A stretch of DNA of 38,966 nucleotides from a virus (lineage: Duplodnaviria > Caudoviricetes), in the IMG/VR virus record IMGVR_UViG_3300032231_000265, positions 1 to 38,966 of that record; one strand, written 5' to 3'. Position numbers and translations under genes: made by a program. Positions within the stretch are counted from its first letter, which is position 1, and every line of letters starts with the position of its first letter. The notes under the pieces are model-generated. The model was given only the letters and a program-made list of their open reading frames with translations, had not been told where the DNA came from and made no database searches. Positions 26,588-35,296 of this stretch are shown one piece after another.

Positions 26588-26977
26588 ATGGGCACCAAGC
26601 TATTCGGCAAAGTCTTCCAGCAGATTTACGATTCAACCGTCGCAGCAGACTGGGAAGTCATGACGGTATGGATTCACTTCATCATCCTCGCTGACGAAAA
26701 AGGCGTTGTAGATATTCCACCGTTCGCCATCGCTCGACGCACCGGCTTGCCGCTGGAGATGATCGAGAAGGGCATCAAGGAACTCGAAAAAGTAGACCCA
26801 CTCAGCAGAAGCAAAGATGAGGGCGGCGCTCGACTGGTCAGGCTCGATGAGCATCGTGACTGGGGCTGGAAACTACCGACCTATAGCGAGTACTCGAAGC
26901 GACTTACGCACGAACAAAAGAAGCAGGCCGATCGCGAGCGCATGAGAGAGAAACGCGCAGCGAAAAAGGCGAGCTAA
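26588..26977 (+). CDS. Short replication initiator-like protein (N-terminal wHTH only)
   Basis: KVF..IYDSTV, ILADEKGVVD, IARRTGLP, GW.L..Y..Y, DRERMREKR; directly upstream of the helicase. Confidence 0.6.
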   Translation: MGTKLFGKVFQQIYDSTVAADWEVMTVWIHFIILADEKGVVDIPPFAIARRTGLPLEMIEKGIKELEKVDPLSRSKDEGGARLVRLDEHRDWGWKLPTYSEYSKRLTHEQKKQADRERMREKRAAKKAS

Positions 26978-28524
26978 TGTTCGTCCTTCGCGACTACCAA
27001 GACCGAGCTATCGAGCAGGTGCGACAGGCGATCCGCGCAGGTTACCGGCGCATCCTGATCGTGGCTCCCACAGGTTCCGGCAAGACAGTCATCGCAGCTC
27101 AGATCGTAAAACTTGCTGCGGAGAAACTTCGCCGGTCCATGTTTCTTGCCCATCGCCGCGAGCTTATCTACCAGTGTGCTGGCAAGCTGGAGAAGTTCGG
27201 TGTCGATCACGGCATCCTCATGGCTGGTGAATATCCATACGGTGCAGCGGATTGTCAGGTCGCCAGTATCCAGACGATCGCAGCTCGATGTATCACAACG
27301 GATCGTTTGCCGTTCCCCAATTCGGATGTAGTTATCGTTGATGAGGCCCACCGCTCGCTCGCACCAACGTACCTGACGCTCATCAACCACTACGGTGAAC
27401 AGGTTGTCATTGGGCTGACGGCGACACCCATTCGTGGAGACGGCAAAGGTCTGGGTCATGTTTACGATTACATGGTGCAGTGCCCCACGATTCAGGAACT
27501 CATTGATCTCGGACATCTGGTTGAGCCTCATACGTTTGCGCCGACGATACCAGACCTGACTGGCGTGAAGGTTCGCGGCGGTGACTATGACCCTGCTGAT
27601 CTGGATCGTGCAATGGATCGCCGGTCATTGGTTGGGGATATCATCGAACACTGGCATAGGCTTGCTGCGGACAGGCCAACTATAGTGTTTGCGAGTTCCG
27701 TCAAACATTCGATTAACCTGCGCGACGAGTTCGTCAAGATGGGGACTAAAGCAGCGCACGTAGATGGAGACACGCCGCTCGAAGAGCGCAAGCAAATCAT
27801 AACCGGACTTCAGGTAGGCGATATACAGGTTGTCTGCAACTATGCGGTCCTGACCGAGGGCTTCGATGAGCCTAGCCTGAGCGCTTGTGTGCTTGCGAGG
27901 CCGACGAAGAATCTTGGCCTGTATCTCCAGATGGCTGGCAGGACCTTGCGTCCAGCCGACAACAAGGAAGACTCCAGAATCATCGACCATAGCGGTAACG
28001 TCTATGAACACGGTTTTGTCCAAGATGATCACAACTGGGTCCTTGAGGAAGGCAAGGCGTTGCACAGTACAAACGCCGACCGACAGAAGGACCTCGATGA
28101 AAAGAATCCTATCACATGCGTGATGTGCGCCACCGTGTACACCGGGCAGCTGCCCTGTCCGCACTGCGGTCACGTCCCAGTGAAGAAAGGCAAGCGGGTC
28201 GAGTCACGAAGCGGTGACCTGATGGAGCTGCGCATGGAGAAGCGGCGCACTGCAAAGAAGCGCACCTTCACCATGGAAGAAAAGCGCGAGTGGTATCGTG
28301 GGCTACGCGGCTACGCTATCGATAAAAAGAAATCAGATGGGTGGGTTGCTCACACGTACAGATCGAAGTTCGATGTGTGGCCTAACTCATTCAGTCCCGA
28401 CAGGGATGGACCAATAGAACCGAGCGGTGAGGTGCTGGGATACATCCGGCATCGCAACATCGCCTATGCGAAAAAAATGGAGAAGCAAAATGAGAATGAC
28501 AACAAAGCAGGCAGCCAAGGGTAA
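26977..28524 (+). CDS. SF2 DExH helicase with C-terminal Zn finger
   Basis: LRDYQ, APTGSGKT, DEAH, TATP, LTEGFD, QMAGRTLR, CxxC...CPHC. Confidence 0.95.
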   Translation: MFVLRDYQDRAIEQVRQAIRAGYRRILIVAPTGSGKTVIAAQIVKLAAEKLRRSMFLAHRRELIYQCAGKLEKFGVDHGILMAGEYPYGAADCQVASIQTIAARCITTDRLPFPNSDVVIVDEAHRSLAPTYLTLINHYGEQVVIGLTATPIRGDGKGLGHVYDYMVQCPTIQELIDLGHLVEPHTFAPTIPDLTGVKVRGGDYDPADLDRAMDRRSLVGDIIEHWHRLAADRPTIVFASSVKHSINLRDEFVKMGTKAAHVDGDTPLEERKQIITGLQVGDIQVVCNYAVLTEGFDEPSLSACVLARPTKNLGLYLQMAGRTLRPADNKEDSRIIDHSGNVYEHGFVQDDHNWVLEEGKALHSTNADRQKDLDEKNPITCVMCATVYTGQLPCPHCGHVPVKKGKRVESRSGDLMELRMEKRRTAKKRTFTMEEKREWYRGLRGYAIDKKKSDGWVAHTYRSKFDVWPNSFSPDRDGPIEPSGEVLGYIRHRNIAYAKKMEKQNENDNKAGSQG

Positions 28525-29443
28525 GTGGGATGGAATTCTCACAGAACTACTTGGTGAGGATGCGGTATCTCGGACACATGGTCCCTGCCCCATCTGTGCC
28601 GGGACAGATCGGTATCGTTATGATAACAACCGGAACGACGGAGACTGGTTCTGTAATCACTGTGGACCGGGCGACGGATTTAAGCTGGTCATGGAGGTCC
28701 TTGGGCTGGACTTCTCAGGGGCAGCTAAGGCCATTGATCGCATAGTCGGCAACATCGAGGCAGAGCCGTTCACGCAGAGCTGCGACATCGACAGGCGCAG
28801 GAACTCACTGAACGAGACGTGGAGGTACTCGAAGCACCCAGAGGTTGTGGTTGAGTATCTGAAGGGCAGGGGTATACCGACTGAGATAATCGCTCAGGCC
28901 AGAGACCTGCGTGGACGCACCAAGCTGCGCCACTATGATGACGAGAAGAACTGTACATATAGACCGGCGATGGTCGCACTAATTCGCAACAGCAAGGGTG
29001 AGCCGATCTCGATTCACAGGACGTACCTTGGCATCCTGCCGAAGGAGAAGAAGATCATGCCACCCATAGAGAAGATCGTCGGTGGTTGCGTGCGTCTGGG
29101 TGAGCCTGACGATACGCTCGTGCTGGCTGAGGGAATCGAGACCGCACTGGCAGCGTGGGCAATTACTGGTCATCCAGCATGGGCAACAATCAGCGCTCAC
29201 GGTCTGGCTGAGTTCAAGTCGATCCCACGGCATGTGAAGAAGGTTATCGTGGCGGCTGACAATGACCATTCGTTCACTGGTCAGACAGCTGCCTTCGAGT
29301 GCGCCAAGTACATGAAGCAGAAGATGCAGGTTGAGACCGTAGTGACCATGCCCAATGTGATCGGGATGGATATGCTCGACGTGCTGCAAGACCTGTCAGA
29401 TGTTGGTACATACGGAACGAAGCTGATGAGGTGGGCACCATGA
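28490..29443 (+). CDS. Primase (Zn ribbon + TOPRIM)
   Basis: HGPCPICAGTDR..WFCNHCG.GDG; IHRTYL; AEGIETALA; AADND; ATG 28490 after GGAG. Confidence 0.9.
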   Translation: MRMTTKQAAKGKWDGILTELLGEDAVSRTHGPCPICAGTDRYRYDNNRNDGDWFCNHCGPGDGFKLVMEVLGLDFSGAAKAIDRIVGNIEAEPFTQSCDIDRRRNSLNETWRYSKHPEVVVEYLKGRGIPTEIIAQARDLRGRTKLRHYDDEKNCTYRPAMVALIRNSKGEPISIHRTYLGILPKEKKIMPPIEKIVGGCVRLGEPDDTLVLAEGIETALAAWAITGHPAWATISAHGLAEFKSIPRHVKKVIVAADNDHSFTGQTAAFECAKYMKQKMQVETVVTMPNVIGMDMLDVLQDLSDVGTYGTKLMRWAP

Positions 29444-30153
29444 GCATCGCATACAACGCCAAGGTCACCATGCACGAAGCGAAGTGGACAGACGTGGACG
29501 GCAGCACCGTGACGTTCAAGCTGCCAATGACCGGCATGGAGGGGCAGCGCAACCCATTCGAGAAGTTCACTAAGCGCAGGAAGGGTCGAGCTGGGACACG
29601 CTTCGCCATGATCTGCTACGAGATCGAGGATGAGTGTCAGGGGCCGATGGTCTACAAGGATGAGGTGATGCTGGCAGGCTGGAACGATAGCCAGTCCAAC
29701 GGACACACAGTGAAGTTCTGGTTGTGTGCTGACGGCATGGGCCACCCGTTCGAGGGATACAACCGGAAGAAGGACCACTTCGTTGTTGCTCTGGTCGAGC
29801 TGGATGACGATCAGGAGACGATCGACCAGAAGATGAGGGATAGGGTAGAGAAGAAGTCGGTTAAGCCGTCACAGCGCCCCAGCTACGGCGCAGTGATGCT
29901 CTGTGGTAACGAGGCATTCTGGCAATACATCAAGGACATCGGTGAGTGGGAGTCATGTGAGATCGAGTCACAGGCTGATACAGCTCGTGTTGGTGGTTAC
30001 AACGATGTCGCAAGGCACTACATCTGCTCAAGGCTGGGTATCACATCACGTGCTGAGCTGGACAGGAACGAAGAGGTGCGGCAGCGGTATCACGAGATAA
30101 TCTACAAGCCCTTCATGGCAACACAAGAGGTTGGGCCGGGAGCGCCGTTTTGA
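29440..30153 (+). CDS. Hypothetical phage protein
   Basis: ATGA overlap with primase; C-terminal LGITSRAELD motif. Confidence 0.7.
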   Translation: MSIAYNAKVTMHEAKWTDVDGSTVTFKLPMTGMEGQRNPFEKFTKRRKGRAGTRFAMICYEIEDECQGPMVYKDEVMLAGWNDSQSNGHTVKFWLCADGMGHPFEGYNRKKDHFVVALVELDDDQETIDQKMRDRVEKKSVKPSQRPSYGAVMLCGNEAFWQYIKDIGEWESCEIESQADTARVGGYNDVARHYICSRLGITSRAELDRNEEVRQRYHEIIYKPFMATQEVGPGAPF

Positions 30154-30626
30154 TGCCGACAAGCGACGAAGAGTTCCTGCGCAGCCTGAAGGTCTCGCAT
30201 GAGGTTACTGTACAGGTGGCTGCGTGGTTACGATCTAAGGGTCGTGACGCGCACGTGCAGACCACACGGATAAGACCAAGCCATAGTGAGTGGAAGGACT
30301 ACATCGATGACGGCGACATCTTCATCGAGGGAAAGGGACGGATCGAGGTCAAGTACCGGGAGAACCTGTCGTTCGTCTGCACTGAGACGTACAAGTACCC
30401 GACGATATTTGTCGATGAGGTTCGCAAGGTGGACATGGAGCACGCCGCTCCGCTGGTCGCCTACATCATCGTCAACAAAGAGCGGACACATGTGGCTATA
30501 ATCAAACCAGACTCGAAGCAGTTCTGGATAAAGAGTAAGCGCTTCGATCGCAGGACGAGCGATGACAGGGAGTTCTACGAATGCCCGAAAATACTTGCAG
30601 CGTTTCGTTGCATGAGAAGAACCTGA
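30150..30626 (+). CDS. PD-(D/E)xK nuclease-like protein
   Basis: DDGDIFIEGKGRIEVK. Confidence 0.6.
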   Translation: MMPTSDEEFLRSLKVSHEVTVQVAAWLRSKGRDAHVQTTRIRPSHSEWKDYIDDGDIFIEGKGRIEVKYRENLSFVCTETYKYPTIFVDEVRKVDMEHAAPLVAYIIVNKERTHVAIIKPDSKQFWIKSKRFDRRTSDDREFYECPKILAAFRCMRRT

Positions 30627-30967
30627 GACAACTGCGCTGTGCAGTTTCGCGCAATCCATTTATCACGCTGCACCACTGCCATGGTGGGTCCATGAAAGAG
30701 ATGGGCTGGCACGTAGGTGTAGGACAGAAACAGAACCCGTTCCTACAGATACCACTGAAGGACGACTACCACATCGGTGACATGGGCATCGACTCAGGCA
30801 TGGGTGTGGAGACATGGGAAGAACGGTTCGGCAGACAATGGGATCATCTGATATGGGTAAACGACCAACTTCCATACAACATTTTCGCACAGGCAGTGCG
30901 GTGGGAAGAGACAAACCGAAAAAGCCAGCCAAGTACAAAAACAAGAAGGTCCACTGGGAGGGAATGA
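30581..30967 (+). CDS. Ref/DUF968-like HNH-type nuclease
   Basis: LRCAVS...LHHCHGG...IPL..DYH...WEERFG.Q. Confidence 0.65.
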   Translation: MPENTCSVSLHEKNLRQLRCAVSRNPFITLHHCHGGSMKEMGWHVGVGQKQNPFLQIPLKDDYHIGDMGIDSGMGVETWEERFGRQWDHLIWVNDQLPYNIFAQAVRWEETNRKSQPSTKTRRSTGRE

Positions 30968-31260
30968 CGTTCGACTCCATCAGGGAGTTCGAGCGCTATC
31001 AGGAGCTGTCATTACTGGAGAAGGCTGGGGTGATCAAGGACCTAGCCTGTCAGGTGGTGATGCCGCTCTCCTGCGGCGACAGCGCAGTGCTTAGTAAGGC
31101 TGGGCGACAGCTTTCGTACTGGGTGGACTTCTGCTACTACGACATCGAGCAGGACCGCAAGCGCTATGAGGATGTGAAGGGCTTCGACACCAAGCTGTCA
31201 ATGCTGAAGATCGCAGTGGTCGAGGCTCAGTATGGCATTGAGGTGGAGATTGTGAGATAG
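30814..31260 (+). CDS. DUF1064-like endonuclease (start uncertain)
   Basis: KYKNKKV..GMTFDS.RE..RY..L, YWVDFCY, EDVKG. Confidence 0.8.
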   Translation: MGRTVRQTMGSSDMGKRPTSIQHFRTGSAVGRDKPKKPAKYKNKKVHWEGMTFDSIREFERYQELSLLEKAGVIKDLACQVVMPLSCGDSAVLSKAGRQLSYWVDFCYYDIEQDRKRYEDVKGFDTKLSMLKIAVVEAQYGIEVEIVR

Positions 31261-31304
31261 TCAGTTCTGCAAAGTCATTGTTTTCTTCATTTCAGAACCA
31301 ATTA

Positions 31305-31338
31305 GGGGCGCTACCTCACGGCAGCGCCCCATTTTTTT
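31305..31338 (+). terminator. Intrinsic terminator between convergent operons
   Basis: GGGGCGCT/AGCGCCCC followed by A-T7. Confidence 0.8.
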
Positions 31339-31345
31339 GCCAGTC

Positions 31346-31792
31346 TTATTGGCTGGCTTCCCCTGTGTAGCGCAGGTAGCCGTTCTTGATCAAGGCTGAG
31401 ATCGTGGGAACGATCTGGGTGTCCTTGTCGTTGTTCGGGTTACGCGCCACCAGCTTAGCTGTAAGCTCATTCCGCTTCAGCACCTTGGTGGGGTCCTCTT
31501 TCAGGACGCGAGTCGCATCACAGTAAATCGCATACTGCAATGTATTCGGTCGCATTGCGCCAGCATTCTTAGTCGTCAGCTGGACGAACTTCGAGGCGTT
31601 AGCTCGATTGCCACCTTTCGCAGCCTGCTTACCTACGCGCTTGATCGGCTTGCGCTTCACATTCACTTTGGCACCCTTGCTACGGGTCGATAGTGCGCGG
31701 TTCACGTCCACGTAGTAGCGGACTTCGCCGGGATGAAATCTGGTCAGAACCTCAAACTCTTCTTTAGAGACCTGTCTCATTTTTGTTGACAT
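31346..31792 (-). CDS. Basic hypothetical protein, possible wHTH DNA-binding C-terminus
   Basis: Lys/Arg-rich; ISALIKNGYLRY. Confidence 0.6.
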   Translation of the reverse strand: MSTKMRQVSKEEFEVLTRFHPGEVRYYVDVNRALSTRSKGAKVNVKRKPIKRVGKQAAKGGNRANASKFVQLTTKNAGAMRPNTLQYAIYCDATRVLKEDPTKVLKRNELTAKLVARNPNNDKDTQIVPTISALIKNGYLRYTGEASQ

Positions 31793-31875
31793 TGCTTTCT
31801 ACCTTTCTTGATGAAGGGATTGGGGGCTTCCGCTTCCCGCTGTAGTCAGCGATACTCGGCGTGCCCCCGCTCCAG

Positions 31876-33060
31876 TTACGCCGCAATCCTTTCGGCTTGG
31901 GCGATTCGGTTCCACTGCGAGGTGTGCAGGTCGATCAGTTGTGAGCCAATGTTCTCCAGCTCACATGCCCGGTCGTAGTCCACCTTCTCAGTGTTCGCGA
32001 TCTTGGTGACAGCGTTGACCATTCCCCACCGGCTGAAGTCGCCATCGGTCAGCAGGTTGCTGATGATGTCTTCCTTCTCGCCGTCGCGGATGTCAACTTC
32101 CTTAGCCAGCTGATCGACAGCGGCGAAGGTGTCTTCTACCACAGCGCCTTCCTTCGTAGCGCGGAGCTTCTCGCCCATCTTGGCGACATTCTCTTCGCTG
32201 GTCAGGGCTTCCATCGCGTCAGTAATCTCAGCGATGATCAGCTCATTCTGCTTGCGCTTCGTGTCGTCAGAGAACACCCGGAAGTCGCCGTCAGCTTCGA
32301 GCTTCCCACCAACGTGGTTGCGCTTGTAGCTGAAGATTTCCTCTGTGCCGTAGACACAACCATTGAGGCAGTAGTCCCGGTAGAAGAAGCCGTCGATTCT
32401 CAGCCTGCCGTGCCCAGTCTCGCTGTTGCTGATGACTGCGCCCGGACGGATGATGTCGCGGGTCGATCCGTTGCTCTGACCACCGATATGGTTCTGCGGT
32501 CGAGCAAGCTCTCCAAGGTCCTGAGCCAGATTGTCGCCAGTGAACAGCACCTTGATGTGCATTGAGTTCTCCGAGACATTCGAGCTAAGGAGCTGACTGG
32601 GCACGTCGCCTTGCACGATAGGTGGCAACACCTGCTCGATAACCTCATCGTTATCGATCGTGCGGTAGCGGTTAGACAAGAAGGCGCGAGCCTTTCCATC
32701 CAGTGTCCGCAGCAGCCGTGTTTGCGGCTCCTTCTTGAAGATTGCGTTGACCTCATTAACGATCAGGTCACGGTAGTCCTCAAGCATTCTGAAGTAGTGC
32801 TTCAGGGGAATCTGCAAGCGTCCAGCGATCTGTCGGTGACAGTTCTCCGAGATCGAGAAGCGCTCCAGCTCTGATGCACCTTCCTTGAGTAATACAAGGG
32901 CAACCTTGTTCGGCATGTCTTCAGCTGCAACCATCGAGATGGACTCTTTGGTGTCGGCTACGAAGTCACGCTTACTATCGCGTTGCTCGATTACCGTGGT
33001 GAGAAGGCTCTCAAGATTCATTCCTCGTTTCATTGTTTTCTCCATTTGATACCGGGCCAA
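31876..33060 (-). CDS. DUF932-like phage/plasmid protein (start may be slightly downstream)
   Basis: QIAGRLQIP, RAFLSNRY..IDN, ISNSETGHG, CLNG, WGMVNAVT. Confidence 0.75.
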   Translation of the reverse strand: MARYQMEKTMKRGMNLESLLTTVIEQRDSKRDFVADTKESISMVAAEDMPNKVALVLLKEGASELERFSISENCHRQIAGRLQIPLKHYFRMLEDYRDLIVNEVNAIFKKEPQTRLLRTLDGKARAFLSNRYRTIDNDEVIEQVLPPIVQGDVPSQLLSSNVSENSMHIKVLFTGDNLAQDLGELARPQNHIGGQSNGSTRDIIRPGAVISNSETGHGRLRIDGFFYRDYCLNGCVYGTEEIFSYKRNHVGGKLEADGDFRVFSDDTKRKQNELIIAEITDAMEALTSEENVAKMGEKLRATKEGAVVEDTFAAVDQLAKEVDIRDGEKEDIISNLLTDGDFSRWGMVNAVTKIANTEKVDYDRACELENIGSQLIDLHTSQWNRIAQAERIAA

Positions 33061-33077
33061 CCCCGGTAGATGTTCGT

Positions 33078-33106
33078 ATTATTAGGTAACTTCCATAGGA
33101 AGTCAA
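33078..33106 (-). promoter_or_regulatory. Sigma70-type promoter with palindromic operator
   Basis: TTGACT-17-AATAAT; ACTTCC-N3-GGAAGT at 33089-33103. Confidence 0.75.
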
Positions 33107-33351
33107 GTACTTTTTTCAATAGCCCCTTTGCTTTCTAAGCAGGTCAGTAGGTCGCGTGCCATGTTGGGCATCTTCCTGTGACTTGCTCGATCTGGAGGGA
33201 CCAGCCAGCGATCAACCGTGCTGAGGTTCACGCTACAGAACTTAGCGACTTGTGGTCGCGTCAGCTCGAAGTGCTTCATGAACCGCTTCAGCCAAATCCG
33301 ATTGTCACGCTGGTGCATTCCATACCAGCTACTCATTCCTCTCTCCTTCAA
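33103..33351 (-). CDS. HTH DNA-binding protein
   Basis: LTRPQVAKFCSVNLSTVDRWL..R.MP; start probably MSSWY. Confidence 0.75.
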   Translation of the reverse strand: MKERGMSSWYGMHQRDNRIWLKRFMKHFELTRPQVAKFCSVNLSTVDRWLVPPDRASHRKMPNMARDLLTCLESKGAIEKST

Positions 33352-33353
33352 GT

Positions 33354-33385
33354 AAAAGCCCCACCCGCAGGATTGCAGGTGGGGC
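33354..33385 (-). terminator. Intrinsic terminator
   Basis: GCCCCACC/GGTGGGGC followed by T4 on the minus strand. Confidence 0.65.
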
Positions 33386-33392
33386 GTGCATC

Positions 33393-33674
33393 TTAATTGA
33401 AGAGACGAGTTTGTATAGCAGCGGCTTCTCGTAGCGTACCGATCTCACTCTCTGTCAGGATGGCAGCTCGTGCTGCACCTTCCGAGGTGAGGACCTCATC
33501 ACCGCTCGACAGTGATGCAGCTGTAGGCTGATAGTCGTCGGCTTTCATGATGTCCACGCCGAGCTGTTCTGCCAGTGCGATTACTGCGCCCTCTGGTGTC
33601 AAGCCGGTTTCTTTCAAGATGGCTTGTACTAGGGACTCTCTCGTTACTCCAAGTGCTTCCAGATTAAGGTTCAT
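33393..33674 (-). CDS. Hypothetical early protein
   Basis: AGGAG RBS; tandem layout. Confidence 0.7.
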   Translation of the reverse strand: MNLNLEALGVTRESLVQAILKETGLTPEGAVIALAEQLGVDIMKADDYQPTAASLSSGDEVLTSEGAARAAILTESEIGTLREAAAIQTRLFN

Positions 33675-33683
33675 TGTTTTCTC

Positions 33684-33962
33684 CTACGCAGCGTTATTGA
33701 GATTAGATAGGAACGACTTAGCTGCCTTCGTCATTCCAGTTCGTGCGCCGAACGACTTAAAGCGTCGTGCGACAGTTTTGATACCTCGCGAGTGGGGTGG
33801 CAGTGGAATCTCACGCAGGTAGCGCTCTTCTGTTAGCGGCACCTTCCTTACTGTGAGTCCGCTGGCTTCCATCATCAGGATGGGGACCAGCTTGCGACCC
33901 TTCGGTCCAACCAGCACGGTCTTGTTGCCGTGCTCAGTGTGATAGTTCATGAGGTTGTACAT
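33684..33962 (-). CDS. Hypothetical early protein
   Basis: AGGAG RBS; own promoter. Confidence 0.7.
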   Translation of the reverse strand: MYNLMNYHTEHGNKTVLVGPKGRKLVPILMMEASGLTVRKVPLTEERYLREIPLPPHSRGIKTVARRFKSFGARTGMTKAAKSFLSNLNNAA

Positions 33963-33990
33963 TGTCTTCTCCTATCCAAGCGAACAACCC

Positions 33991-34036
33991 ATTGTACCTG
34001 ACTATGGAGGTGAAGTCAACCTCACCTCCACAGTCA
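33991..34036 (-). promoter_or_regulatory. Sigma70-type promoter whose -35 box is the loop of a 15-bp inverted repeat
   Basis: TTGACT-17-TACAAT; IR tgactatggaggtga/tcacctccacagtca (1 mismatch). Confidence 0.75.
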
Positions 34037-34051
34037 TTGCGGCCTTACTTA

Positions 34052-34296
34052 TGCGCTGGATGAGGCTAGGTCGAAGGGGGTAAGGATTCCTCGCGGCTAG
34101 ATGCTTTGAGTATTTCTTCAGCGGCAGCTATTTTGCCAAGGTAGAAGTTACGAGCAGGTTCCCGAGAAGGCAATTTTTCGAGCATGGATTTTGCTTTACG
34201 GATGATATTTTTGGCAGTTTTTTCGTATCGTTTTTTCATAGTTCTGTTTCCTCTGCGCTGGATGAGGCTAGGTCGAAGGGGGTAAAGATTCCTCGC
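34052..34296. repeat. 43-bp direct repeat (34052-34094 and 34254-34296, 1 mismatch)
   Basis: tgcgctggatgaggctaggtcgaagggggtaa(g/a)gattcctcgc. Confidence 0.95.
34066..34239 (-). CDS. Small basic protein (57 aa, not in ORF track)
   Basis: GAGG RBS; MKKRYEKTAK...EESLPPST. Confidence 0.65.
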   Translation of the reverse strand: MKKRYEKTAKNIIRKAKSMLEKLPSREPARNFYLGKIAAAEEILKASSREESLPPST

Positions 34297-34522
34297 TAGC
34301 CTTTTCGAGCAGTTGCATCTTCCAGTAGTGGGGCGTGTATGCGTTGTTGTTTGCTACCCAAACCACTTCAGCCCAGGTCTCAAGTACGGCATGTTCGAGT
34401 TTTTTATCAATCGGCCGCTTGTCTTTTGGTATTCCACCGGGGCTTAGGTATCCGTCACGGAGGTATGATTTAGCAGCAATGATGCCGCGCCTGAACAATT
34501 GTTCTTTGTCGTATTCATTCAT
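34268..34522 (-). CDS. Hypothetical protein ending EESLPPST
   Basis: ATGA overlap with the upstream gene. Confidence 0.65.
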   Translation of the reverse strand: MNEYDKEQLFRRGIIAAKSYLRDGYLSPGGIPKDKRPIDKKLEHAVLETWAEVVWVANNNAYTPHYWKMQLLEKASEESLPPST

Positions 34523-34824
34523 GACTGTGTCTCATCGTCGGTGTAAGGCTTAGCATAGTTGCTGCTGTACCTGTTGCCGTGAACCTTGCCGTTGGTCTTG
34601 GCTACGCGAACCTCCTTGCCTTCCTCGTCTCCTTCGAGCCAGAACGTCAGGTCCGTGTGTCGGGTAACCCGCTTTGGCTTACTGTACGTTGTCGGGCTTG
34701 ACCAGCGTCCACCATAGGTGATTACAAACTTGTCGCCTGTCTTGATGTCGCGGAAATCTTCTTCGATCCAGTGCAATCTTCCACCTGCGTCTATTACATG
34801 TGAGTCTGTTACTGAGTGTGTCAT
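34519..34824 (-). CDS. Hypothetical small beta-rich protein
   Basis: GGAG RBS; IKTGDKFVI. Confidence 0.65.
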   Translation of the reverse strand: MTHSVTDSHVIDAGGRLHWIEEDFRDIKTGDKFVITYGGRWSSPTTYSKPKRVTRHTDLTFWLEGDEEGKEVRVAKTNGKVHGNRYSSNYAKPYTDDETQS

Positions 34825-34835
34825 TGTCTTTCTCC

Positions 34836-35096
34836 TTACTTGCGCAGCGTGTTGTTGCAGTGCGCGTTTGTTACGGTGATTGTCATGCCCCAGTGCTTTG
34901 CTATGGCGCGGAGGGCTGTTTCTTTGTTCAGTCCCATCTCAGTCAGGATCGTGTCGATCGCGTTCTCGATGAGTTCCTTACTGGGTCCTACTGCGCGGAT
35001 GAAGCCTGTCAGGGTCTTCGCACCCATGATGTAAGCGAGCTTCGCTTCACGGTGCTCTGGCGCTACCCAGAAAATAAATCTGCTAAAAAAGTTCAT
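34836..35096 (-). CDS. Hypothetical early protein (start MNFFSRF)
   Basis: AGGAG RBS before ATG 35096; the longer ORF call runs through the promoter. Confidence 0.65.
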   Translation of the reverse strand: MNFFSRFIFWVAPEHREAKLAYIMGAKTLTGFIRAVGPSKELIENAIDTILTEMGLNKETALRAIAKHWGMTITVTNAHCNNTLRK

Positions 35097-35196
35097 TGTC
35101 TGTCTCCTGTAAAAGGTGAGGGAGACCCGCGTTGACTTTATCCAGTCCATCCATTCGGATGCCAGCGGTGGGGTGTCTCCCTCGGCTATGGACTGC

Positions 35197-35225
35197 ACTA
35201 TAGGGACACTTCCACAGGAAGTCAA
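35197..35225 (-). promoter_or_regulatory. Sigma70-type early promoter with palindromic operator
   Basis: TTGACT-17-TATAGT; ACTTCC-N3-GGAAGT at 35208-35222. Confidence 0.8.
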
Positions 35226-35296
35226 GCACTTTGTGATAAAAAATTCACACTAAGTGGTAACTTTATCTATCTCAGTGGGTTAGGTACACTGCTTTC

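Noticed and set aside
35118-35195. HDV-like ribozyme / pseudoknot using CAGTCCAT/ATGGACTG
   Set aside because: One arm lies mostly upstream of the predicted TSS and the P3/P1.1 core is not recognisable.
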